DNA of 63,893 nt, the filler included, from Hausera hauseri (lineage: Eukaryota): assembly GCA_046269625.1 (NCBI GenBank). It is 12 parts of 12 records of this genome, joined end to end, with 100 filler letters (N's around TTAATTAATTAA, not from the genome) between each part and the next. Parts side by side here need not be neighbours in the genome. Positions count along the whole stretch, not along the records: positions 21,264 to 26,106 come from JBJURY010416922.1; positions 26,207 to 31,703 come from JBJURY010242071.1; positions 31,804 to 38,542 come from JBJURY010070661.1; 9 more parts are not named here. One strand, given 5' to 3'. Position 1 is the stretch's first letter. Each line of letters starts with the position of its first letter. The position numbers and the translations under genes were made by a program. This document shows positions 25,677 to 38,642 of this stretch, piece by piece. Under the pieces are notes generated by a model. That model saw nothing but the letters and a program-made list of their open reading frames with translations, was not told where the DNA came from and searched no databases.

Positions 25677-26206
25677 TGTTACATTTAAAATCTCTCAATT
25701 GCATTATTTGCGGTTCATTTCTTGTGCACATGGAAAATGCTGAGTATCAGCAAGGAAAACAACTGAAACTAACTAGAACCAAATCAGACGTTTTGCTGTC
25801 TCCATTGGTAGTTCGACTGTAAAAAAAGAAACCCCAATTAAGATGTACAAAATATCCGCACAAATAATTACTTCATGTCGAGTCTATTGTCATTCTCACA
25901 ATTCACAAATTCGATATCATCAGAAACCACGGAATTCCTTTAATGACTGTAAAAAGAAATCCAACGATAAAATCATATACTCTAATTGATCATGATTGTC
26001 ATCGGAAAGAGCAATTCTAGAGAACGATGAAGAGACTGTGCAGCTGATAATAATGAAATTATACGAACAACAACAACAGCAAATCATCAGTTACTTTGTT
26101 ATGTGANNNNNNNNNNNNNNNNNNNNNNNNNNNNNNNNNNNNNNNNNNNNTTAATTAATTAANNNNNNNNNNNNNNNNNNNNNNNNNNNNNNNNNNNNNN
26201 NNNNNN

Positions 26207-28330
26207 AGGATATTGAGGAGACACTCATGAGACTGGAACAAGCAGGGTGGAAGTGAAACCAAAAGAAATGGAAAGGGGCACAGAACGCCGTATCATACCT
26301 TGGACACATAGTTGGTGAAGGAGGATAAAAACCGGCAAATCTGCTAAATAAAATATCTGATTGTATGGAACCACAGAATCAAAAACAGGTAAGACATTGG
26401 TTAGGCCTATGTGGATATTACGCCACTTACGTACAAGATAATTCAAAAATTAACGCACCACTATATCGCGTACTCAAAAAAGGAACTAAGTGCAGATGGA
26501 CAGAAGTGAAACAAAAAGCATTCGACGAAATGAAGAAAATTTTGACAAGTGCACCAGTTTTAATATACCCAGATTTTAACCTATCATTCATCATTAAAAC
26601 AGATGCAAGTAAAGAAGGTATAGGGTACGAATTAGCTCAAAAACGCGAAGACGAAGAATTAGAACACCCAATAGCTTACGGTGAACGTTCATTAAAGAAA
26701 GCGGAAAAGAATTATTCGGTTACCGAACTGGAAACGTTAGCAGTCAAAGAAGCACTACGACACTTTAATGTTTATGTCTATGGACAAAAGATTATCATAG
26801 TGACTGATCACAAAGCAGTTACAGCATTGAAAGGACGAGCTAATAACCCAACGTGTAGACTAAACCGTTGGATTGAGGAAATTTTACGATATAACATTGA
26901 ATTTCAATACAAGCCGTGTAACAAACAAGTCGACGCCGATGCACTGTCAAGATTAAAAACAAAAACGAGTGCAATCACCACATTAAAGAGGCCACAACTC
27001 GAACAGCTCACTGAACGACAAAGAACCCTGATATCGGATAAGACAATTAGAATTACAGCTGAGCAAGCTAAAGATATGGTTATTCAGCAAAATATCGAGT
27101 TTTTACGAAACGACAAAATACCAAAAGGACGACAACTGAAAAAGCATCTACAGAAACATGCACATAAATACCATGCATTGAATCTAGATAATATTTTGTA
27201 TTACTAGCGAAAAGGAAGAAGATTAATAGTTATTCCAAAAGGATTGAGAATAGAAGTACTTATGGCCGAGCACAATTCATATTTAGCCGTACATATGTCT
27301 TGGAAGAAGACATTAGAAAGGATATTAAATAAATATTACTGGCCAATTATTTACACCGATGTAAAGAATTGGGTAGGAGCATGTGAAGTCTGTGCAACAA
27401 ACAAAAGAAAACAAAAGGCTACATAGCAGAAATAAAACCCATAAACGTACCAGATAGTCCCATGCAAACTATGTCTGTGGATATAGTAGGACCTTTACCG
27501 AAAACGCACAAAACCAACAGATATATTCTAACATGCGTGGTTTGATTGACGCATTTTGTCGAACTGGTGGCACTATTGGATCAAAAGGTGGAAACCTTAG
27601 CTGACGCAGTAGTGAGAAAAATCATCTGCAGATACGGACCACCAGAAAAAATTTTAATAGATAGAGGAAGGAACTTCACGAGCGAATTAGTCGAAAAAAT
27701 TACCAAGATATTCGAAATTGAACGTTTAACTACTACCGCATACCACCCACAATGTAATGGGATGGTCGAACAAATGAACGCGACAGTTATTCGCATACTA
27801 TCAACAGTAGTGGCAAAAGACCAAAAGGATTGGGATGAATTCCTAGAAGAAATGCAGTTTGCGATTAATACAACTCTACATCCAGAAACAGGATTTACAC
27901 CTTTCTTTATGATGTATGGACGAGAGGCAATCTTACCTACCGATTTAGTCATGACACCCTATGAAAAGAACCTTGAGGATTTAGGGCAAAACTTTGCTGA
28001 ACTCTTGCAGAGAAGATTGCAAAAGTGTTGGGAAGTGGCAAAAACTATCACTAGAATATCAAGAACAATTTAAAAAACAATATGACAAAAAGACTAAACC
28101 TCATGATCTAGAAAAAGGTAATTGGGTTTTTATACATTACCCAGTCGCGAAGAAAGGTACATCTTTGAAATTGACACGTACGGGAAGAGGACCATATGAA
28201 ATTAGCCGTACAACACCAACAACACTTTATGTCAATAAAAAGGGAAAAGCGGAAGTCGTATCAATTCAGAGTAGTTAAAAGCGATATAAGACCAATCAAG
28301 CATTACAACCTAAGACCACGAGAAAATAAA
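26207..28330 (+). pseudogene. Gypsy/Ty3 LTR retrotransposon pol (RT end, RNase H, integrase) with stops and frameshifts
   Basis: YLGH, WLGLCGYY, TDASKEGIG, ELETLAV, TDHKA, ADALSR; HHCC H..H..CEVC; VDIVGP, IDRGRNF, TTAYHPQCNGMVE, TGFTPFFMMYGR, GPY, HYNLRPR. Confidence 0.95.
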
Positions 28331-28339
28331 ACTTTGTCG

Positions 28340-29743
28340 ATTGTCACTAGACCAGTATTTTATCCACAAATAATAGTAGCTTTATCGTTGATTGTCACCT
28401 TAACGCCTAAGTCTAACGCCCAATGGTGGTAGATGAAAATTCGCTGATCGATATATATGGAATCAGGAAAGCAGGATTGAAACCACCGTCACAAAAAAGG
28501 GAACTCCCCAACATAAAACTGAACAAAGGACGAGAAATTTTTACGAGCAATAAAATTAGATTATTTTTCGCCAGAAATCCCATGTGTAGGATTTAAGTTA
28601 TCAGGACCATATGAAGGACAAATCCACATACTATTTCATGACCTAATAAGCCGAGTCGAGTCTGATTGCGAATTCGAACCGGAAGACGATACAGTTTGTT
28701 GCAATGTAAAATATGGGCATTCCTATGCCCTCACCTATCGTGCATATTTACCGAACTGTAATGAAGTACGCTCTGAAATAAATCTGAACTCACACTTAGT
28801 TATACCACAAACGTATGGAGACTACCTCAATATAGACTTAGAGGATATGCTCCAGTCTACTGATTTATTGAAACGGATGTTAGAAGAAAATGTAGCGAGT
28901 GTAATAGAAAATCTAAAAGATTATTGTATCCAAATAAATACAAAGGGACGGTTGATTAAAGGACAAGTAATAACGGTTCAATTATTGAGAGAAGACAAAG
29001 TATTTTATAACCAACAATACTATCAAATCGACACTGAAAGACCGAATAATTGTTGCAAGTTACCTCAGGGACATAAATGTAGAATTCGACTAGATTTATA
29101 TGAAGTTCGACCAAGCCAGTTAAGTATTTTCTTAGGAAGTTATCAATTGAAAATTTTGATTTTTGGAATTCCACCTAAAGCAACAACTAACAGAGTTACG
29201 ACTGCAAAAATGAATAAAACCATTTCAACTTCCACCAAATTCCTACAAACAACGGGAGCACCTCAAGAGGCGCTAGAAACAATTCCCATAAAATATTGGG
29301 CACAACAGTGCGAAATAAACTTCATTGTGGAAGAAACACTTAACTACAACGTAGAAATAAGCTGACTAACATTATACGATAATCAGAAATTAATATTTGT
29401 TAAAGGCAGTCATCGAATCAAATGTGTTGGTTTAAAATCCAAAACAGACTATATAATAAGATGAACGCCAAGAACAAATAAAGTAGAACGTTTACGGTAC
29501 GAACGTTAAATGAGATTGTTTTAACAAAGCCACTAACCAACGAGAAAGCGGACGGAAAAACTGACTAAATGGACAACGTTGTCATTAATATCAATCATTG
29601 GAACGCCAATATTCGCTCTCATAATGATAATTGCGTTTTGTCAATTGATTACCAAAAACTGTTGTATTAAGTGTCATAAAATCACCGAGAGGGAACTAAG
29701 GGTGATGGTACCACAGGATGAAATTAATGACGCAATAACCTGA
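28340..29743 (+). pseudogene. env-position type-I membrane protein (signal peptide, Cys-rich ectodomain, Thr-rich stalk, FN3-like domain, TM helix)
   Basis: PQIIVALSLIVTLTPKSNA signal-like stretch; ORF 28847-29365; VEIS*...GLKSKTDYII; TM TLSLISIIGTPIFALIMIIAFCQLI followed by KNCCIKC; stop at 29741-29743. Confidence 0.65.
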
Positions 29744-29845
29744 CAACTATAGACTGTTTTATTCCACCGTCAAACAAAGAATTGGTTCAAATTTCGAACT
29801 ATACTTTGTTTTAGGATTGACCCTTATTTTGTATTTTCTTTCAGA

Positions 29846-30880
29846 ATGGTAAGTACGAGCAGCCGACTTAGAATCGACGACTTCTTACAAAGATACGAAG
29901 CAGTTCTCATTCCCATATCAGAAGGTATATACCAAAGAATAAATGAAATACCCAACGATTTAAAAGGGACCACCAAAAGGAATCGCACAATTTTGCTATA
30001 CGCAATGCGTGATAACAACCAAGCTAAATCGTATGATCTTAAGGAACTAATCCAGAATACAACGGCCCAACTGGAAGATATATTTATTCATTTGGCCGAC
30101 GGAGAAGTTTACTACAGAATAAAAAACCAGCGATGGGAATGTAACGAAGGGCGCCAATACCGATTTAGCACGTTTAAAATAAGTGAACGAGGCTTAGAAA
30201 CTATTGATTATGAATTAGAATTCAGAATAGCAGCCTTACCGGTTAAACTGATGTTCGAAATGACTTATAAAGAGAGCTGAAACTTAGGCTTGCCAGTTCT
30301 ACAGTTCAAGCAAACTCCAACAGAGGCAGAAAAAGATGAACATTTGCAATCGTATAGGTTAGTCCAAGACTGTCGCAACATAAGGATCCTGGCTACAAAC
30401 TATGGTAGAGGAGACGATGGATATAGAATACCGATCGAGGTATCTATTCGAGAAAGAGATGTAACTGAATTATATTCAACCATTATAAACCCTCGGAAAC
30501 ATGTTCAATAATCACATGCGGAAGTGATTGGTCTAAGGAAAGAACAAGTGATAAATGGAAAAAATATTCTACAGGTCCGCTCAGAGTTAAGCCATTGTCT
30601 TTATGGTTGTATGATTACAGGATACAATGTAAAAAGGGAAATGGAGCTATTAGGGATATCCGATGCAAATTTTGCCGGATTTAGGGAAATAGCTACACAT
30701 CCAGTAGTCCAAGAGCGAATGGAGAAAATCGTACAAGGAAGAAATCGACCAACCGCAACAGAAGCCTTCTTCAAGATAACAGTCGAAGCAATGACCAACA
30801 ACCCAAGTAGAATTCCGAGACTTTTAACAGCCAGCCAGCGTTCCCAATATTTGCAGGAGATTTATAAAATGTTAAAGTAA
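29846..30880 (+). pseudogene. Accessory ORF of about 345 codons (two in-frame stops) with a C-terminal DEDDh exonuclease-like domain lacking catalytic residues
   Basis: ORFs 29846, 30290 and 30524 share one frame. EVSI...LYSTIINP...VIGLRKEQVING....QVRSEL...LYGCMITGYNVKREMELL...FREIA parallels the REX4/ISG20 pattern. Confidence 0.6.
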
Positions 30881-31966
30881 GAACATGAATGGATACCTAA
30901 AGCCCTATTTACAATCTACGCAATTCCTTAGAAACCGAAAACATAGATATCAAATATCGGAAAAACTTCAAGGCCTACTCTCCAATTAGAACCATCCAAT
31001 CTACAGACGAGCATCGCCTTATGATCACAGTCCGCGAAACTATGGAAGGAAAACAGGAAAATGCGATGGAGTTACCGATGATTAAAGAAGGAAACAAAAC
31101 ATTAGCAGGAACACCCAAGTCCCAAAAAGAACAAAAAGAGGAACCTAGGCCAAAAACAATAGTTAAAAAAATGAGGTTAGAAGAGAAACCCCGGCCCAAG
31201 AAGACATAATCCATTTACAACTATCTATTCAAGATGAAAAAGGAAGACAAGAGGCAAGGAGCGGAGAGCCAACAAAACAGGCCAAGCACCTCCCAAAGGA
31301 CAGAACCGTTAAAAAGGGGATTAGGAGTCCCATAATAACGAAAATCAATGTCCTAATAGGGAAAAGGAAAAAAAGACGTATATTACAGAACAATCCAAGA
31401 ATTTTCTAAAATGTTGATAACTACCGAACACTATAGTAAGAAGGAAATAAAAGAAGCTGTTTCTCATAAAGCTTGCCCCAGCAAGAAAAGTCCTGGAGAA
31501 CACCTATGTATGGGAAAATATTAAATTAGGGACTTATCTTACATCGATTTTTCGTTCAAAGAGAACTGGTAAGATAATAGTTCCCGTAGGCAAGCAAATT
31601 CGAACATTACTAAAAAACAATATCAAAAATATAAAACAGAAGGAAAGACCCCCGACTTGGATAAGGATCTTATTGCGGATTGGACCCTGATACAAGTAAA
31701 TTGNNNNNNNNNNNNNNNNNNNNNNNNNNNNNNNNNNNNNNNNNNNNTTAATTAATTAANNNNNNNNNNNNNNNNNNNNNNNNNNNNNNNNNNNNNNNNN
31801 NNNATTAAAAAGGATTGACGATAGAAGATACTCACAGCAAGTTACAGAGGTACACGAAGAGGACCATATTCCAGAGGAGCAGCGGCTATCGACCGACAAA
31901 ATAAGAGTGGGACACAACGAAATCCTAGAGAAACAACGGCCTAAACGATACAGAATTTAAAGTCGT

Positions 31967-32173
31967 AAAACAGGGGGAGTGTAGAATATTTAATTTATTT
32001 AAACACACTTAATAATGATAAACATTAAAATATTTTTTGGAAACTTATACTATTTGAAATTCAACACTGACAATGATTCGCTGTGTTCTTAATCGATCTA
32101 TTTTTAGAACGAAAACCGTGACGAAGGATAATCTCGAATGATCAAATTACACTTGAATACATCAAGGTCTACA
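31967..32173 (+). mobile_element. Polypurine tract and 3' LTR (31980-32173) of an LTR retrotransposon
   Basis: An ORF end RPKRYRI* is followed by AAAACAGGGGGAG, then TGTAGA...TCTACA inverted termini 194 bp apart. Confidence 0.6.
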
Positions 32174-34036
32174 ATTTTGAGAACGTTGAAACAAAACAAG
32201 AAAATCGAACACCAGAAACTCCTTAAGCACCACCACAGGCAACTACTCGGAATGAACATCTTTCAGCATAGCATGCCACAATTTTACCTTTTCCCTTCCA
32301 AAAAGCTTCTTCCTTCTCGTCATTTTACAGGAAATTTATCGCTGTTTTTAATTGGCTGGTTTCAATTTTAAAGAAACTTTTATAGCAACAGTTTCATTCC
32401 AACATTATGAGATACATACGAACTCGTAAAAATGGCCAATATTTCAATTTATATCATTTCAAATAAAAAAACAAGTTTTCAACGAAAATATTGATTTCAT
32501 CTAGTTACCCAAAATGCATGAGCAAATTCGTATGAAATATGATTGTGACCATTCAGCCATCTACAGCTTTTGTTCATGTGCCATAGAACCGCCGGATGTC
32601 TTGTGTATGATATAAGTAGACACTGGAAAATTAGTTCATCGATGCAGGGTGTTCAATCAATAAATCTGAACAAGAACATGGAAATGACTGATGGTTATAG
32701 ATGGGTTCCATATTCCATGCATCTGTTTGCACATCATGAAACATAATAGTCCACTTAATATAATTTTACGTACATTGATGTTCATAAATCAATTATTTAG
32801 ACATGAGTAGGAATGTGACACGAAAAGCTGTATGTTTTCCGTCGGTACTCAGCTCTTAAAAATGTCAAGTGAACCGAGAATAGTTTTGCGGAATGATTGC
32901 TTCGATAATGTCACACTTACTATTAAATTTAATCAATACAACACAAAGTAATCAATAGACCGATCGATCAGACGATATAACCTCACCGTTTTATTACATC
33001 TTACTGAGACTGACAGTTCGTTCGACATGAGTAATATGGATTTAATTTGATATACCATAGTGATTTGACAGCATGGATGCAATAGAATGCCAACGGTGCT
33101 TGAATTTGATTTATTATTACCTGATTCTCCATTGATTATAAGCTTCTAATAACTTTTGCCAGTCATTGTGCCGGAAGGAGTATTGCGTAACTATTTCACG
33201 CTGCAATATCGTGTTTATCGGATTTTGAAAAGCAGTTAAATCTCTTTAATGTAATGTGTTTCTAACAGTGATTTGAATCAGATGAATTTGATTTACTTAC
33301 GTTAAGTAGTTAAATTTCTATTAAATTTGCAATGTCAAGTAACATTACACTAAAGAAATATCGTTAAAATGCTATTAAGATGCTCTACGTGGATTGTTTG
33401 ATATTGATTTACTGAAGGGTAATCCGTATATTATTGCTGATTCTGTGGAGGACAATTGATTTATTTTCCATATTTATTTTTACTTTATAATCCCATTTAA
33501 ATTTCAAACACTTACCATAGTAAATTCTTGGAACCGAAATGTGCAATTTAAGTATATTAATTCTTAATTAATCTTAAACATGGTAATTTTAAAGAGTAAT
33601 AAAACTATAATCATTTATTGGTTAAATTGATGTAGTGGTTCGAGTTTCAGTTCATGTAATGGTTTGAGTTCTTTTTCTTTATTTGAATGTTTTTGATTTT
33701 TACAAATTGTTTAATCATTTGGCTCATAAAATGACCTTGACCTCATGTGACCTGTGAGGGATAAGAAATAAGTACCAATTCCGATTCACCCAATCGTCAA
33801 ATTGACATTAGTTATAACGCGTCGATTTAATTCATTGTGGGGAGGGTGTAGGGCTTCGTTCCATAGTGCCAATTTTTCCACTACTTTGGTGGTTATAGTT
33901 ACAAGAAATATATGACAGTATCTAGTTCAATGCACATTTTCGTATTTTACCAACGTAAACNNNNNNNNNNTTCAAACTTTTATTCACATTTTACTTGAAT
34001 TGAAATGAAACATTTTTTCTAACATTGGATATTTAG

Positions 34037-34476
34037 ATTGTTGTAAGTGACAAAGAAAGCGATAGTTTTTGGCAACAAAAAGATTATAAAACATTCTCAC
34101 CAGATGTCGAATTTCAGAATGCAGATTATAATTCAGTGCCACCTATTACTGAACCAAATGTTCAGTCTGCTATTTGTGTTCCTAAAGATGGCCAATCTAT
34201 TCGAAATGAAGGCACGTTGAATGTTAAAGGGTAATGGATTAAAAGTAATTTCGATATACAGCAAAATGCTTTTGAGACAAAAATATTGAAACTTATTTAA
34301 AAGGTATGCGTGGAGCGGCGGTGGCAGAGGAATTATTCGTGTTGAAATTTCTACTGATAATGGAAACACTTGGCGTTTGGCCAATATCACTCATTCGAAA
34401 GATATTCCAACAAGCAGTCATATAAACAGAAAACAATGGACATGGGTGCTATGGGATATCGATATTCCTGTTAATG
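34037..34476 (+). CDS. SUOX: Sulfite oxidase, two internal exons (34037-34230, 34304-34476)
   Basis: SFWQQKDYKTFSPDV...PITEPNVQSAIC...VKG|YAWSGGGRGIIRVEISTDNGNTW...WTWVLW; a 73-nt GT-AG intron keeps the frame. Confidence 0.88.
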
Positions 34477-35399
34477 GTAACATCTTTGAAAAAATATTAA
34501 ATCAAAAATTTGTGACAATTTTTAATTATTTTTGTAAAAATGTTATCTAAATATCAGACATTGTAAAGATGCAATTGCTGTTTTATAATTCCTATGAAAT
34601 AGCAAGAACAATCTAGAAAAATTTTAATAACTTTTAATAAAATTTTAATTTCAAAATTCCTCTCTAAGTAAAGAGGAAATTGAAAAAGTGCGAAATAACG
34701 CAACACTTGGAAGTCAATCCTAGATTTGCTTCCAATTTTTTCCCATATTATTATTGATAAGGTACACTATTTTACTTCTAAATGCAGATGTTGATGAAAT
34801 TCGATATAGTAAGATAATTTTGTTCATTGAATTCAAGTATGTAAATTATTTTTGCTTTTATCTAGAAATTTGGAAGTTTTGTATAATAATTTTTGTATTA
34901 TAGGTACTTCTTGCATAAGTGATTCCCCAATTTGAAATCAAAATATATACGAAATTACGGTGTTTTGTTTACTAAACTAATGAGTGTATCAAGACCAGAT
35001 ATTACACACAGTATTACACAAGCTGTTTTATATTTTGAAAGTACTTTTATTCGATGGCACAAGAATTTCTGTTTTGATATTTAAACAAGTGCATATCGGG
35101 TCCAAATGGTGAAACTTGAAAATCAAAAATCTGACTGCTACGAATGTTTTGTATGTGTACAGAGTTGAAATGTAAAATATTTTTGAATTTCGTCTGCACA
35201 ATTTAAAGTTGAAGCGAAAAATGTTCTAGTAATTTATTACTCTGTACAGTTCAACGTTTTTTAAATGGATTTTTATATTTTTCATCAAAACAATTTATGT
35301 TAAATTAAAACACTAATTCAAATAATGAATTATAACAACAATTTAATCTCAAATTTATTTAAACACAAAACATTTTTACATTTTGTTTGTTTTAATGCA

Positions 35400-35900
35400 A
35401 ATCGTTCCTTATGGCTCATTTATACATCTATTACCAACCATTGCATAACATTTCTGTCTCGTTCACCAGACGAACTTTTGTGTATTCGGAGCTCAGTTAC
35501 CAATTTGTTATGAATAGATTCAATTTCTTATTCTGATACGAAACCAGTCATTTTATGTTTCTACAAAAAAGGTCCAGTATGCATAACAATCACATGAACA
35601 AGTGCGATACTTCCAAATCCTCCAATATTTTCAACAAAATTTCCTACAATTTTAGTTTATCAGCAGTTATGATCGGTTTGCTCGGCAAGATCGGCGGGTC
35701 TAAATCCGGAGTATTACCAGACATTTTGGAAATATGCAATATTTGAGTTCCGTTTTGCCCAGTACCCTCGTGTTCTTGGATATTTGAAGATGGACATCAT
35801 CATCGCAGTTCTACAGAACTGTTCAAGCTCGTCTCTAAGAAGCTGTTTTAGAGAGTGATGTGGTTTTAATCACGATTTTGCTTGTTGAATATTCGAATTT
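35400..35900 (-). pseudogene. Highly decayed piggyBac-like transposase fragment
   Basis: ELEQFCRTAMMMSIFKYPRTRGYW and a frameshifted W..NRCIN stretch resemble PGBD blocks; no termini found. Confidence 0.4.
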
Positions 35901-37629
35901 CGGTGGTGCAAATGTTCTTCTCATTTTACTGTAATCGGTGATAATGAACGATAATCATGTCAAATTGATAAGTTGTATTTGGATATGATTCAGTAGTTCT
36001 AATTGACAAACCTTTGCCATCAAGGAAAATCCGGTAGAGAAAAACTAAGTAAACTGCAGAATATCATTTGGTGTTCCTGATTTTTCATGATAAAATACTG
36101 GACTATTTTGAGGATCTAGTATTTATAATTTGTCATCCATATTTGGCACTAGAGATTTGTAAAATGTTTTCTATTTCTCGAAACAGTAGCAAAATATCAT
36201 ATAGTATTGTTGTCTGCTATCAGATTCAGGTTTTGGATGAAATCGAAATGTAGACTGATAGAAAGGACCAGACGGGATTTTATATCGATTAAATGCAACG
36301 ATAGGAAGAGTCAAATAAATTGAGATTCTGAATTCATTCTTTACAAGTACGTCTCGCGATACTGAAAAAATTTTGAGATGTTTAGAAAGATGGTGAAATG
36401 CGAATGATTAAACGATGTTTCGTAGCCTTGTAAAAGTTTAAATGTCATTTGATGTTGATGTGATCAATCGTGTTCTATAGGATATGGCAGATATTAAGGT
36501 AATCAATTGTTGCTCTTGGAATAAACTGCTTGAAAATCTTGACTGACAATAGTTTTCTGTGATTGATCTGATTATTTTCAATTTTGTTGCTTGTCCAGTT
36601 TTGTTTTAGTTTCTAAACTGAACTGTTTAGTGAGGCTAAAACGGTCGGATGGTCGCGACTTCAGTAAAATTCTCCGAGGGAGGAAAACAAACCCGGAAAA
36701 CGGAGCCACCGGTGTCCGACCGAAATGGGCCAAGAGCACGAAGTACGGTGGGCACTGTGGTGCTCACATTGGCCGACAAACATTTTGACAAAATTTTTTT
36801 TGTTTAATTATTCAATAAATGAATGTGGAATTTGTCGATTGTTTATTTTTCTTCAATGGACAAAGTCGAAAATCATGTCTCATTTATTAACCAATCCTGT
36901 TGGACTTATCACCTAAAGTTTCAATCAGTATTTTTTTGAAAACCTAACAGCTCACAATACAGGATATATGTATCCTCCTCATTGTTCAATTCACACAAAT
37001 AACAATCTTAATCAAAATCGAATGCTCAATCCACAAATGTCGCTTAACAAGCTCGTTGCTGTTGCCAGTAATGGTCTGTCAAATTTACTAGCAGCATCTC
37101 AGCCGAATGCTGCTCGGGATCTTCTTCATCAAGCAATGGTTCTGCAACATAAACAATGGAATCAGTTTCACCAAGAGAAGGTAGGTGCAACTGCTCTCGC
37201 TGCTCTTGTTCTTTCAAATTAGCGCGGCGACTTCAGTGGGATTACAAACTTTTATCGGAAGAATCCCATTTATACGCATCAATATCCTAGTAAATATTCA
37301 TTACAAAATCAGTCAGATAATTTCATTTCGGACTCCAAATTTCTTGCAAACTAATTGCAAGATGAGCCCATGTCGAATTGTGGTGCAAGTATTTGGCTTG
37401 AAAAATCTTCTGATTTCTTTTATGTCAACAATCTAATATTGGTTCTGTTCCACCTTTCCTGAACAAATTGGGTAACAACAATTCGTCACCATCAGACAAT
37501 GCTTTGCAAATTAAACAACAGAAGAGTTATGAATATCGCGATGCTGCTTCTGACAGTTCCCCGCTATTTCCTGAATCAATAATGTCAGAACCGACAGGCA
37601 TCACAGTTTTCTGTTGGGATTTTCCGACG

Positions 37630-38542
37630 TTAGCATTCTTCACATTTTCCAATTACATCCACTTCTTTTGATGGAACCGGAACCGTGAAATGATGTTGAA
37701 TATATCGTTTTGTCTTCTTCATACCTAGATGGCATAGATCCACATGTATCTTCCGGATGAAGTCCTTGCGCATATTTTTTGGAACAACTGGTAGTCTGTG
37801 GTATAGATCTTTACATACAAGGAAACCGTCTGTCATTTCCAATTTGTCGATCATATTGAGAATCTCCTTCGAGAGTTGTACCTTTTTCACCGTCGAACCG
37901 TCTAATCGACATTTTACTTGTTGTATTTCTGTACATTTTTCCTTTTCGTCTTTTATCCATTGCAAGGTTGACCTGACCACTAAGGAATTAATGTGCTTTA
38001 TACGTGCCTTTGTTTGTTTCGGATCAGCATTTGTTGTTTGACACTGAACACACATATCCTTATACAACCATTACAATCATTTTGCATTTCCATGCTGTTT
38101 CCCTTCCTATATTCTAGTGTAAAATTAAAATCTGTCATGCTTTCTAGCCACGTCTGAAATTGCGGTGTTATTGGCTTGGCAGCGGTCTTCATATATACTA
38201 GCGCCTTATGATCTGTTCTAGCCGTGAAGTGGTTACCATACAGATACTGTTTAAAATGCAGTATAAACTCTTGCAATGCCAACAGTTCCTTTCTTGTAAC
38301 GCAGTACCCTTTCTCAAAAGATGAGAGTGTTCTAGACGCATACGCTACTACCTTTTCTTCATTTTCTATTTGCTCTGATTCTTGGATCTATGAGAGTTAA
38401 TACTAGCGCTTCACATAGTTTTAATTTCAATAGCTTTAAATTTTCCTCACGCTCTTTTAACCAAACCAACTTCCTACAAGTCCTCATGCAAGCCTGCCTA
38501 ATTCTTTATAAACATTCTGTAATAGTTGGCCAGACCTAAAAA
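37630..38542 (-). pseudogene. Gypsy pol fragment (RNase H and integrase zinc-binding domain)
   Basis: VVAYASRTLS..EKGYCVTRKELLAL, HFKQYLYG, RTDHKAL, HVDLCHLG...CEEC. Confidence 0.9.
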
Positions 38543-38642
38543 NNNNNNNNNNNNNNNNNNNNNNNNNNNNNNNNNNNNNNNNNNNNTTAATTAATTAANN
38601 NNNNNNNNNNNNNNNNNNNNNNNNNNNNNNNNNNNNNNNNNN

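Noticed and set aside
26207-32173. Treating the PPT/LTR at 31967-32173 as the 3' LTR of the Gypsy element at 26207-31703
   Set aside because: They are on different contigs and no overlap supports the link.
32505-32625. Exon-like minus-strand segment (CLLISYTRHPAVLWHMNKSC...) with AG/GT borders
   Set aside because: Possibly a host exon, but I cannot assign a protein family with any confidence.
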